DNA from: a virus | Length of the DNA stretch: 37,410 nt | Reading direction: 5' to 3' (one strand) | IMG/VR virus record: IMGVR_UViG_3300000576_000001 | Location: 1 to 37,410 of that record | Part shown: one piece after another, positions 8,259-16,507 of the stretch | Layout of the letters: the number at the start of each line of letters is the position of its first letter | Numbering within the stretch: position 1 is the first letter of the stretch | Position numbers and translations under genes: made by a program | Notes under the pieces: generated by a model | What the model was told of the DNA's origin: nothing | Seen by the model: the letters and a program-made list of their open reading frames with translations, nothing else | Database searches by the model: none

Positions 8259-9248
8259 ATGGCAACTCCCAGCCAGATTTTTACGGAGATGGTCAGCACG
8301 ACCCTTCGCGAGCACAAGAAGTACCTTGTGGACAATGTTACGAACAACAACGCATTGTTGCAGAGGCTTCAATCGCGCGGAAAGATCACTCGAGTCGACG
8401 GCGGCTATGAGATCGCTTGCCCGCTGGAATACGCCGAGAACGCGACCTATCAGCGTTACAGCGGCTATCAGATCCTGAACATCCAGGCGTCGGACGTGAT
8501 CACGTCGGCGATGTTCCCGTGGCGGCAGGCGGCGGTACACGTCACGGCGTCCGGCCTCGAATTGCGTCAGAACAGCGGCAAGAACCAGATCATCAATCTG
8601 GTGCGTTCCCGCATGAAGAACGCGATGAACACGGCCGCGAACCAGATGTCCGGGGACGTGTATTCGGATGGCTTGCTCGCCAACCAGATCAACGGTTTGC
8701 AGGTGTTGGTTGCTGACAACGGCCAAGGAACGGTCGGCGGCATCAACTCGGGCACGTGGGAGTTCTGGCGCAACAACGTTCAGGATGCCAACGCCCCGCT
8801 TCAGGGCGGCAGCTCGATCACGCCGTCTGCCTCGACCATCCAGAGCCTTATGCTTCCGCTCTGGCTGGAATGCTCGCGCGGCAACGACACGCCGGACCTC
8901 ATTCCGACGAGCAACGACTACTTCACGTTCTACGAAGAGTCGCTGACCGATCTGAAACGATACGGCACGAACGACACTGCCAACGGTGGCTTTGTCAGCT
9001 TGAAGTACAAGAATGCCGACGTGGTATTCGACGGCGGCGACCGGCATGGTTCGGGCATCCCGGACAGCCACATGTACTTCCTGAATACCGACTACATCGG
9101 GCTGACCGTGCACCGCGACGCCGATTGGGATGAGGTCGGCGACCAGCGTTCTGTCAACCAGGACGCGGTTGTCATGCCGCTGATCTGGCAGGGCAACATG
9201 ACGGTATCCAACCGCTCGCTGCAAGGCGTGCTGTTGGACAACGGCTAA
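8259..9248 (+). CDS. Major capsid protein
   Basis: 329-aa ORF after the scaffold gene, with a GAGG Shine-Dalgarno. Size and position are typical. P22-coat-like family is suspected but not verified. Confidence 0.8.
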   Translation: MATPSQIFTEMVSTTLREHKKYLVDNVTNNNALLQRLQSRGKITRVDGGYEIACPLEYAENATYQRYSGYQILNIQASDVITSAMFPWRQAAVHVTASGLELRQNSGKNQIINLVRSRMKNAMNTAANQMSGDVYSDGLLANQINGLQVLVADNGQGTVGGINSGTWEFWRNNVQDANAPLQGGSSITPSASTIQSLMLPLWLECSRGNDTPDLIPTSNDYFTFYEESLTDLKRYGTNDTANGGFVSLKYKNADVVFDGGDRHGSGIPDSHMYFLNTDYIGLTVHRDADWDEVGDQRSVNQDAVVMPLIWQGNMTVSNRSLQGVLLDNG

Positions 9249-9263
9249 TCGGAGGGTAGCGAA

Positions 9264-9767
9264 ATGGCATTCATTCATGGTGTGATCGGCGCAATGGCCG
9301 ACACGTCGCGGACCCTCGGATCAGGTGATATCGAGGGTTACGCTTTCGGGCTTGGGGACATTGCGTGGGGGTCTGACGGCTCCGCATGGGTCTTCTGCCA
9401 AGCAGACGGCGCAATTACCGGCGCCGGGTATGTCGTCCTGATTGACGAGGATTGGCAGGCCGACATGATCGATACGACCAACTCCGCCACAGCCTTCGGG
9501 CAGATGGTTGGCGTTGCGGCTACGAACTTTGCCGACGATGATTATGGCTGGATTCAGATTTTTGGCGTGGCCGATGAAATCCGAGTAGCGGCCAGTGCGG
9601 CGGCAAATGTGGCGCTCAACACCACGGCGACGGGAGGTCAGATTGACGACGACGCCACGACCGGCGCCGAGGTGATTGACGGCATCATTCTGACCACGGC
9701 ACGCGGCGGCACGGCGGGCACAGCGCCCGGCTTGATCACGTGGCCGACAGTCGGCGCGACACTCTAA
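9264..9767 (+). CDS. Head-associated protein (possible decoration protein)
   Basis: GGAGGG Shine-Dalgarno. G/A/T-rich 167-aa product directly after the capsid gene. Confidence 0.45.
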   Translation: MAFIHGVIGAMADTSRTLGSGDIEGYAFGLGDIAWGSDGSAWVFCQADGAITGAGYVVLIDEDWQADMIDTTNSATAFGQMVGVAATNFADDDYGWIQIFGVADEIRVAASAAANVALNTTATGGQIDDDATTGAEVIDGIILTTARGGTAGTAPGLITWPTVGATL

Positions 9768-9775
9768 CCACCAAC

Positions 9776-9799
9776 AGGGCGGGGTTTCACGGCCCCGCC
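9776..9799 (+). terminator. GC hairpin GGGCGGGG-N8-CCCCGCCC after the capsid genes (possible attenuator; no U-tract)
   Basis: Perfect 8-bp inverted repeat in the 53-nt gap before the next gene. Confidence 0.3.
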
Positions 9800-9820
9800 C
9801 AACTACCATCAGGAGATACA

Positions 9821-10435
9821 ATGTCAGTTCTGGCAGCCGAGCAACGCCCATCCCCGGCATATGTCGTCTTTGATCGGCGGGCGGTCGAGGATCGCGAGAA
9901 GTCGCAGGCTGAAGGCCATGTCGTTTACAAAGACGTGGATTATGTGACGGCCACGGCCCTTGGCGGCGGCACGTCGATTGAAAAGCCCGTCGATAAGTTC
10001 TTGCGGGAAAAGGCGCGAGACCAGTTCGCGGATTACTACCGAGAGCAATACGAACGCTGGACCAAGGGACAAGACGAGGAGGTCGACGGCACGCCACTCA
10101 AGATGTGGCCGCCGATTGGTCCGGCTCAGTTGCAGCGCCTCATCTCTATGAATGTGCGATCAGTTGAGGATCTGGCGTCGGCGCCGGAGGACGTGCTGTC
10201 TCGTCTCGGGCAGGGTGCGCGCAGCTTGCAGAATCAGGCCATCACGTGGCTCAACAGCGCCAACGACCACGGCAAGGTTGCGGCTCAGGTGGCCGAACTG
10301 AAGCGCGACAACGACGATTTGCGCGAGCAGCTTCGGCAAGCATCGAAAAAGATAAGTGCGCTTAACGCTAAAGTGGGCGACGATGATGAGGCCAAGAAGC
10401 GCGGAAGGCCGCGCAAGACGCCCGCAGAGGAATAA
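9821..10435 (+). CDS. Structural-module protein with coiled coil and C-terminal AT-hook-like tail
   Basis: CAGGAGA Shine-Dalgarno. The C-terminus KKRGRPRKTPAEE contains a GRP AT-hook core. Confidence 0.55.
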   Translation: MSVLAAEQRPSPAYVVFDRRAVEDREKSQAEGHVVYKDVDYVTATALGGGTSIEKPVDKFLREKARDQFADYYREQYERWTKGQDEEVDGTPLKMWPPIGPAQLQRLISMNVRSVEDLASAPEDVLSRLGQGARSLQNQAITWLNSANDHGKVAAQVAELKRDNDDLREQLRQASKKISALNAKVGDDDEAKKRGRPRKTPAEE

Positions 10436-10438
10436 CCA

Positions 10439-11155
10439 ATGACCCTGTTGACCATCTGCCAGAACGTCGCGCCCCTGCTCGGTATCCCGGAGCCGCAGTC
10501 TGTGGCCGGAAACCTAGATTTGCAGGTGACGCAGCTTCGCGCGTTGGTCAACACGGAAGGTCGTGTTCTGGCCCGGCGGCACCAGTGGGAAGCCTTGGTG
10601 CAAGAGGCGTCTTTCCAGACGGTCGCGGCCATCGAGCAAGGCGCCATGGCGACGATCGCGCCCGGCTTTCAGTCGCTGATCAACGACACCATGTGGGACC
10701 GGGATTTTCAGAACCTGATCGCCGGGCCTCTGAATGCGCAGACGTGGCAGGCATACCGCTCAACACTGGCGGCTGGGCCATACTACGATTTCCGCATCCG
10801 TGGCGGGCAACTCCTGTTCTACCCGGAGCCGACAGCCGGTGATGACGTGTTTTTCGAATACCGTACCGAGAATTGGTGCGAATCCGAGGGCGGCACCGGC
10901 AAGCCGACAATGACGGTTGATACCGATGTTGGGCGGCTAGATGAATGGCTGATTGAATTGGGCGTGCGTTGGCGGTTCCTGGAACAAAAGGGCTTGGATT
11001 ATGCCGAGCCGTTCCGGACCTACGAGAAGGAAGTGAACAACGCGATGGCGAAGGATGGCGGATCGCGGAAGCTGAATCTTGCCAGCGGATCGCTAAACGA
11101 TTGGCTCGGACATCCGCGCGCGCCTGATGGATCGTGGGGCCTGCCCGGTGCTTAA
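10439..11155 (+). CDS. Virion protein (head-tail adaptor or tail tubular A-like, by position)
   Basis: 238-aa ORF in the structural operon. No motif certainty. Confidence 0.45.
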   Translation: MTLLTICQNVAPLLGIPEPQSVAGNLDLQVTQLRALVNTEGRVLARRHQWEALVQEASFQTVAAIEQGAMATIAPGFQSLINDTMWDRDFQNLIAGPLNAQTWQAYRSTLAAGPYYDFRIRGGQLLFYPEPTAGDDVFFEYRTENWCESEGGTGKPTMTVDTDVGRLDEWLIELGVRWRFLEQKGLDYAEPFRTYEKEVNNAMAKDGGSRKLNLASGSLNDWLGHPRAPDGSWGLPGA

Positions 11156-12713
11156 CCAGCCGTTACGCAACCGCAACCGGGCAAGACCGGTATCGAGGCC
11201 GCAATCGACGCCAGCGCCTTATGGTGGCTGGAATGCCCGCGACAGCGTGGCCGATATGCCGGAGTCCGATGCCGTCATTCTCGACAATTGGTTTCCGTCT
11301 GAGAGCCGCATCAGCCTGCGCAAAGGCTTTGCCGAACACGCGACAGGCCTGCCGGGCCATGTCGAGACGCTGATGTCGTACAATCCGGACGGCGCGAACC
11401 TGGAGATGTGGGCGGTCTCGGACGGCAGCATTTACGAGACGACAGCCAGCGGCGATGTCGGTGCGGCAGCGGTGACCGGACTGTCCAACAGCAGATGGCA
11501 ATACGCCAACTTCGGCACGTCGGGCGGCCAATTCATCGTCGCTGTGAACGGCGAAGACGACCTTCTTCTCTATGATGGCGCGTCGTGGGAGCCAATCAAC
11601 AGCGGCTCCACGCCTGCGATCACGGGCGTTGACACGGCCAATCTGATCAATCTATGCACCTTCAAACGCCGATTGTTTTTCGTGCAGCGCAATACGTTGT
11701 CGTTCTGGTTCCTGCCTGTCGACAGCATCGGCGGCGCGGCTTCCGAATTCGACCTTGCGCCCCTCTGCCGACGTGGCGGCGAACTGATTGCCTGCGAGAC
11801 ATGGACCAGGGACGGTGGCGACGGTCTGTCCGATCTTGCCGTGTTTTACACCTCTGAAGGTGAGGTGTTGATTTATCAGGGCATCAACCCGGCGAGTGCG
11901 TCCGAGTGGTCCCTGGTCGGCGTTTTCCAAATCGGGCGACCAATCGGCTATCGCTGTCTGAGCCGCCTCGGCACCGAATTGTTCGTGATGTCGGAAGACG
12001 GCTTCCAGCCTATCAGCCGAGCATTGCAAAGCGCCCGCACTAACCGTCGCGCTGTACTGTCGGATAAGATCAGGACGGCTGTCCGGTCCAGCGTCGAGGC
12101 GGCGCGCAATAATTTCGGATGGGAAATGTGCGTCTACCCCAAAGGGGGCTGGGTCGTATTTAACATCCCGTTGCAGGAAAATCAGCTATCCCACCAATAC
12201 GTGGCGAATACGACGACCGGAGCGTGGTGCCGGTTTATCGGGATGAACGCCAACACTTGGTTGAATTTCAACGGCGACCTCTTCTTCGGCGGCGACGGCG
12301 TGGTGTATCAGGCCGACACAGGCACGACGGACAACGGCGCGAACATCGAGACGGATGTCTTGCAGGCCTATACCTATCTCGGCTCGCCGGGCTGGACCAA
12401 GGATTTCGCGATGATACGGCCCATCCTGACCGTCGATGGCGACGTGCAGGTGGCGCTCACGGTCAATATAAACTTCGAGGAGATGGCCCCGCGCTCAACG
12501 CCGGATTTTGCGATTGACGGCGAGGCGGTGTGGGATGTGGCCGAGTGGAATGAGACATTCTGGACAGTCGGGCCCTCCCTCACAGCGCAATGGGTATCGG
12601 TCGGTCGCAAAGGCTTTGCCGGGGGCGTCCGCATGAAGACGGCGACGCAGAACATCAACATGTCATGGTCGGCCACTCAGTGGATCGCACAGCGCGGGCA
12701 GGGGATGCTATGA
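11127..12713 (+). CDS. Virion protein (tail tubular B-like or nozzle, by position and size); start uncertain
   Basis: 528-aa ORF in the structural operon. Confidence 0.5.
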   Translation: MDRGACPVLNQPLRNRNRARPVSRPQSTPAPYGGWNARDSVADMPESDAVILDNWFPSESRISLRKGFAEHATGLPGHVETLMSYNPDGANLEMWAVSDGSIYETTASGDVGAAAVTGLSNSRWQYANFGTSGGQFIVAVNGEDDLLLYDGASWEPINSGSTPAITGVDTANLINLCTFKRRLFFVQRNTLSFWFLPVDSIGGAASEFDLAPLCRRGGELIACETWTRDGGDGLSDLAVFYTSEGEVLIYQGINPASASEWSLVGVFQIGRPIGYRCLSRLGTELFVMSEDGFQPISRALQSARTNRRAVLSDKIRTAVRSSVEAARNNFGWEMCVYPKGGWVVFNIPLQENQLSHQYVANTTTGAWCRFIGMNANTWLNFNGDLFFGGDGVVYQADTGTTDNGANIETDVLQAYTYLGSPGWTKDFAMIRPILTVDGDVQVALTVNINFEEMAPRSTPDFAIDGEAVWDVAEWNETFWTVGPSLTAQWVSVGRKGFAGGVRMKTATQNINMSWSATQWIAQRGQGML

Positions 12714-13192
12714 CGCCTTTGTACGGATACGATGCCCAGGTAGCGGATTTTGTGTCGTGGCGGATCTTCGGTCGGCCCGGCGCTTTCCGCGACTATGCGG
12801 CAATCGGCTTCCTTGAGCATGGCCGCCTGAAGGCCGGAACTGTATTTCACAACCACTATCCAGAATGCGGTATCATTGAGATGTCCTCGGCGTCGGAATC
12901 GGCCCGCTGGTTGGATCGGCCAACACTGCGCGCCATTTTTGTATACCCCTTTGCCGATCTTGGCTGTCAAACTGTCGTGATGCGGGTCAGCGAGCGCAAC
13001 GAGCGCATGTGTGGCATTGCCCGGCGTTTTGGGTTTGCCGAGACACGCATACCCCGTCTTCGTGGACGTGATGAGGACGAAATGATATACACGCTTACTG
13101 ATGACGTGTTTTTCGCCAAATGGGCGGGCGCGTTGGGATTGAAGGGTATGAGCAATGGGCAAGTCTTCCCCGTCACCGCCGACACCGCCTGA
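12710..13192 (+). CDS. GNAT-family N-acetyltransferase embedded in the structural module
   Basis: ATGA overlap with the upstream gene. The core CQTVVMRVSERNERMCGIARRFGFAETR resembles the GNAT acetyl-CoA-binding region. Confidence 0.6.
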   Translation: MTPLYGYDAQVADFVSWRIFGRPGAFRDYAAIGFLEHGRLKAGTVFHNHYPECGIIEMSSASESARWLDRPTLRAIFVYPFADLGCQTVVMRVSERNERMCGIARRFGFAETRIPRLRGRDEDEMIYTLTDDVFFAKWAGALGLKGMSNGQVFPVTADTA

Positions 13193-14381
13193 TCCGACCA
13201 AGACGGCGCAGGCCCAAGGCCAGATGAACAAAGAGACGGCCATTGCTCAGCAGCAGCTGAACATGGTCGACCAGTACGCGCCTTGGGGGTCGATGACCTA
13301 TTCCCAGATTGCCGGTCCGGGCATGGGTGGCGGTGGCGGTGGCAGTGCAAGGCCGCAGCCTTCGGGGCCGAGCGCATCCAACGCAGGAAAGGCGCCGTCG
13401 CAATCTTCCGGTCTCTCTATGGACGAGCGCGCGCATTTGCGTAATTTGGGCTTTGACGCCGGGTCAGGGTCGGGGGGGCTGCCGAACAGCCTTTCGCCGG
13501 AAATGATGCAGGAGATTACGCGATACCGAGCGGGGCAGCAGGGGGGTGGCAACCAAGGCGCGAATTTCATTGACCGTGGTGGTGCGTCCGGATCCGGTGG
13601 TTATGCTGGCGGCGACGTGCCGCGCTATGCCCAGACCATCAATCTCTCGCCTGAGCAGCAGCGCCTATACGACCTGCAAACACAGCTTGGCATAGACACG
13701 TCGCGGCTTGCCGTGGACCAGACGGGCCGTATTGAGCAGGCGCTTTCTCAGCCGTTCTCGCTCGACGGCCTCCCGTCCGTGCGCAATCCCAACGAATGGG
13801 GTATCGATGATTTCAGCGAGGACCGACAGCAGGTGGCCGACACGCTGTATGGCATGTCAGAGCGTCGCCTTGACCCGCAGTTCCAGCAAGAGCGCGAGCG
13901 CATGGAAACGCAGCTTGCCAACATGGGGATCACGCGTGGGACCGAGGCATTTAATCGCGAAATGGACCGGTACATGCGCGGGCGCACGGATGCTTACGGC
14001 GATGCGCGCGATCGGTCCATCTTGGCGGGCGGTCAGGAGCAATCGCGCCTTATGGGCGAGCGCGGCAATCTCTATGGCCTTGAGCAGAACGCCCGCGAAC
14101 GTGCTATCCAGGAACTGATGCTTCAGCGCTCTCAGCCGATCAATGAGGCCGCCGCGCTTCTCGGGACCGGGCCGGGGCTGATGACGCCACAATTCACGCA
14201 GCCGCCGCAGTCGGGTATCCAGGCCCCCGACTATCAGGGCGCTGTTGCCAACCAGTACGCCGGGCAAATGGCAAACTATCAGCAGCAATTGCAGCAACAA
14301 AACGCGGCAATGGGCGGCCTGTTTGGCCTCGGCGGCTCTGTCCTTAGTGCCGGACTTAGGCCGGGAGGGTTCCTGCTATGA
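13155..14381 (+). CDS. Internal virion / ejection protein
   Basis: N-terminus SPSPPTPPDPTKTAQAQGQMNKETAIAQQQLNMVDQYAPWGSMTY is typical of podovirus internal proteins. Gly-rich linkers are present. Confidence 0.6.
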   Translation: MGKSSPSPPTPPDPTKTAQAQGQMNKETAIAQQQLNMVDQYAPWGSMTYSQIAGPGMGGGGGGSARPQPSGPSASNAGKAPSQSSGLSMDERAHLRNLGFDAGSGSGGLPNSLSPEMMQEITRYRAGQQGGGNQGANFIDRGGASGSGGYAGGDVPRYAQTINLSPEQQRLYDLQTQLGIDTSRLAVDQTGRIEQALSQPFSLDGLPSVRNPNEWGIDDFSEDRQQVADTLYGMSERRLDPQFQQERERMETQLANMGITRGTEAFNREMDRYMRGRTDAYGDARDRSILAGGQEQSRLMGERGNLYGLEQNARERAIQELMLQRSQPINEAAALLGTGPGLMTPQFTQPPQSGIQAPDYQGAVANQYAGQMANYQQQLQQQNAAMGGLFGLGGSVLSAGLRPGGFLL

Positions 14382-16504
14382 TGGCACCGCGACAGCGTAC
14401 GTCGAGAATGCAGATCAGCCCTCAGCTACAGCAGGCCCTTGCTATGCAGGAGCGCGGCACGTCTTACGCGCCCGTCCAGCACCCATTGCAGGGACTTGCG
14501 CGCGCTGCTCAGGCTGGCTTGGGCGCGTATCAGGAACACAATATCTACAGCCAGGCCGAGGAAGAGGAAGCGCAGCGCCGTGAGGCGTTGGTTCAGCTTC
14601 TGGGCGGCGGTGGGGGCGATATGGGGCAGCCACAGCCTGGGCCGGAAATGATGCAGCCGCAACCGTCTGCGATGCAGCAGGTTCCGCAGCAGCAAGGAGG
14701 CGTGAGCCCGGACCTTATCCAGCGCGTGATCCAGCAAGAGAGCGGCGGCGACCCGAACGCAGTCAGTCCAGTGGGTGCAACCGGCCTCATGCAGATCATG
14801 CCTGCGACGGCCAGAGATCCCGGCTATGGCGTGCCGAGCATCTTTGAGATTGCCGGGCAAATGGGTCGCCAGGCGCAGGGGCAGGACGACGCGGTTTTGC
14901 AGCAGTTGCTTCGCGACCCAGCCGTTAATCAGGCGTTTGGCGAGCAGTATCTAGAAGCGATGATCAACCAGCACGGCGGGGATGAGGCGCAGGCTTTGGC
15001 CGCTTACAATGCCGGGCCGGGCGCGGTCCAGCAGTATGGCGGCATTCCGCCTTACGAAGAGACGCAAAATTACGTCCGGGCTATCCAGGGTGCGGGTGGC
15101 AGTCAGGCCCAGCCAGCACCCCAGCAGCCTATGCAGCAACAGCCCGCAGGCCGTGGCGTTCAGCAGCCGGACCCGAGGCAGCAGATCTTAGCCGCGCTTG
15201 AGGGCGGCTTGATCACGTCCGATCAGGCCTCCCAAATGGCGCTTGAGATGGCGCTTAATCCGCCTGAATCTCCCGGCCAGCAATTGCCGCAGACCCAAGG
15301 GCTGCCGCAGGGGTATATGTGGGGCGAAGGTGGTCAGGCTGTTCCGATACCGGGCCTACCCCAAGGTGGAGAGGGTCGAATGAGCCGGTCGGATCTGGTC
15401 GAGGTTCAGACCGAAGACGGACAAACGATCTATCTTCCCGCCGATCAGGCTGTCGGGAGATCGGTGCCGGGGGGTGAGGACGTTACTGATCGCCAGCGCA
15501 AGACACAGGAAATCTTGGCTGCCAACCCCGGCATGGACGAAAATACAGCGTCCAACATCGCAACGGGCGTTATCAGAACCGAGCGCGATCCTTTCTCGGG
15601 CCGGTCGTTCGTGCACAATCTGGCGACAGGCGAAAGCACGCCCATGACATCGCCAGGGGCTGGCCGTGACGTCCCGGAGATGGAGGTCGAAAACCCTGTG
15701 CTTGGCGATGTGTCGCAATACGGCGGCGGCGGCGCGCTGTCAGAGGCGGCGCAACGAGCAACGTTCGGCCTTTTTGACGCCGGGCCAAATGTCAACGAAC
15801 GCAGGCAGGCTTACAGGCTTGTGCGTGAAGAGGTGCTTAATGCCTACTCCCGTTCGGGCAGGCCGTCGAACTTCGCACAACAGCGCATTGAGGAGTTATT
15901 GCCGTCAAATGGCGTATTCGAGTCGCCATCACGGGCCTACGACCAGTTGCGCACGCTTCACCAGACCATGAGTAGCGAATACGAGCAGCAGATGGAAATC
16001 TATAACGACGAAAGCATGCCCGCAGAAATGCGCCGCGATGCTTTCTCGTCGGCCATGTCGGCCAGCCGAGCGATGCAGTTGATCGGCGACCCCGGACAAT
16101 TTCCGCGCCCCGGCAGCGAAGGCGAACGCCCGCAGCCCGAAGCCCCCAGCGCGGCGGCGCCCGTCGAACAGCCGACTGAGGAAATGATACGCGCGCTTAC
16201 GGAAGATACGGTGCAACAGCCTGCCGCACAGCCGCAGGGACGTGAGGTTACGCCACCTGCACCCGGCAGCAGTCAGGGCATGTCGCGTCAGCAGCTTATG
16301 GAGCGCGGCCAACAGCAGTTGCGGGAGGCCACGCCGCAGCCTGAGGCGCAGCCAGAAGTCGTATTCGACCGCAATGCCACAGTGGATCAGATCCGCCAAG
16401 CCAATCGTACGCAGTTGACCGACATGCCATCAAGCGAACTGAATGAGATGAATGGCGATCAAATCCGCGCAATCAACGACCGCCTTGAAGAGTTGGGGTA
16501 CTGA
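14378..16504 (+). CDS. Internal virion protein with lytic transglycosylase (SLT) domain
   Basis: SLT signature IQQESGGDPNAVSPVGATGLMQIMPATA ... AYNAGPGAV. Q/P-rich linkers. ATGA overlap with the upstream gene. Confidence 0.85.
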   Translation: MMAPRQRTSRMQISPQLQQALAMQERGTSYAPVQHPLQGLARAAQAGLGAYQEHNIYSQAEEEEAQRREALVQLLGGGGGDMGQPQPGPEMMQPQPSAMQQVPQQQGGVSPDLIQRVIQQESGGDPNAVSPVGATGLMQIMPATARDPGYGVPSIFEIAGQMGRQAQGQDDAVLQQLLRDPAVNQAFGEQYLEAMINQHGGDEAQALAAYNAGPGAVQQYGGIPPYEETQNYVRAIQGAGGSQAQPAPQQPMQQQPAGRGVQQPDPRQQILAALEGGLITSDQASQMALEMALNPPESPGQQLPQTQGLPQGYMWGEGGQAVPIPGLPQGGEGRMSRSDLVEVQTEDGQTIYLPADQAVGRSVPGGEDVTDRQRKTQEILAANPGMDENTASNIATGVIRTERDPFSGRSFVHNLATGESTPMTSPGAGRDVPEMEVENPVLGDVSQYGGGGALSEAAQRATFGLFDAGPNVNERRQAYRLVREEVLNAYSRSGRPSNFAQQRIEELLPSNGVFESPSRAYDQLRTLHQTMSSEYEQQMEIYNDESMPAEMRRDAFSSAMSASRAMQLIGDPGQFPRPGSEGERPQPEAPSAAAPVEQPTEEMIRALTEDTVQQPAAQPQGREVTPPAPGSSQGMSRQQLMERGQQQLREATPQPEAQPEVVFDRNATVDQIRQANRTQLTDMPSSELNEMNGDQIRAINDRLEELGY

Positions 16505-16507
16505 CCG

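Noticed and set aside
8241-9278. Long antisense ORF (345 aa) opposite the major capsid gene. Similar long ORFs lie at 16550..17398(-), 17540..18472(-), 20926..21765(-), 30435..31247(-), 26081..26785(+) and 27115..27795(+).
   Set aside because: They lie opposite genes with clear motifs, lack Shine-Dalgarno sequences, and have Arg/Pro/Gly/Ala-rich compositions typical of stop-poor antisense frames in GC-rich DNA.
14580-15330. Repetitive-looking Q/P/G-rich DNA inside the SLT protein gene as a possible tandem repeat or CRISPR-like array
   Set aside because: This is only a low-complexity coding linker (CAG/CCG-rich). There are no regularly spaced identical repeats or spacers.
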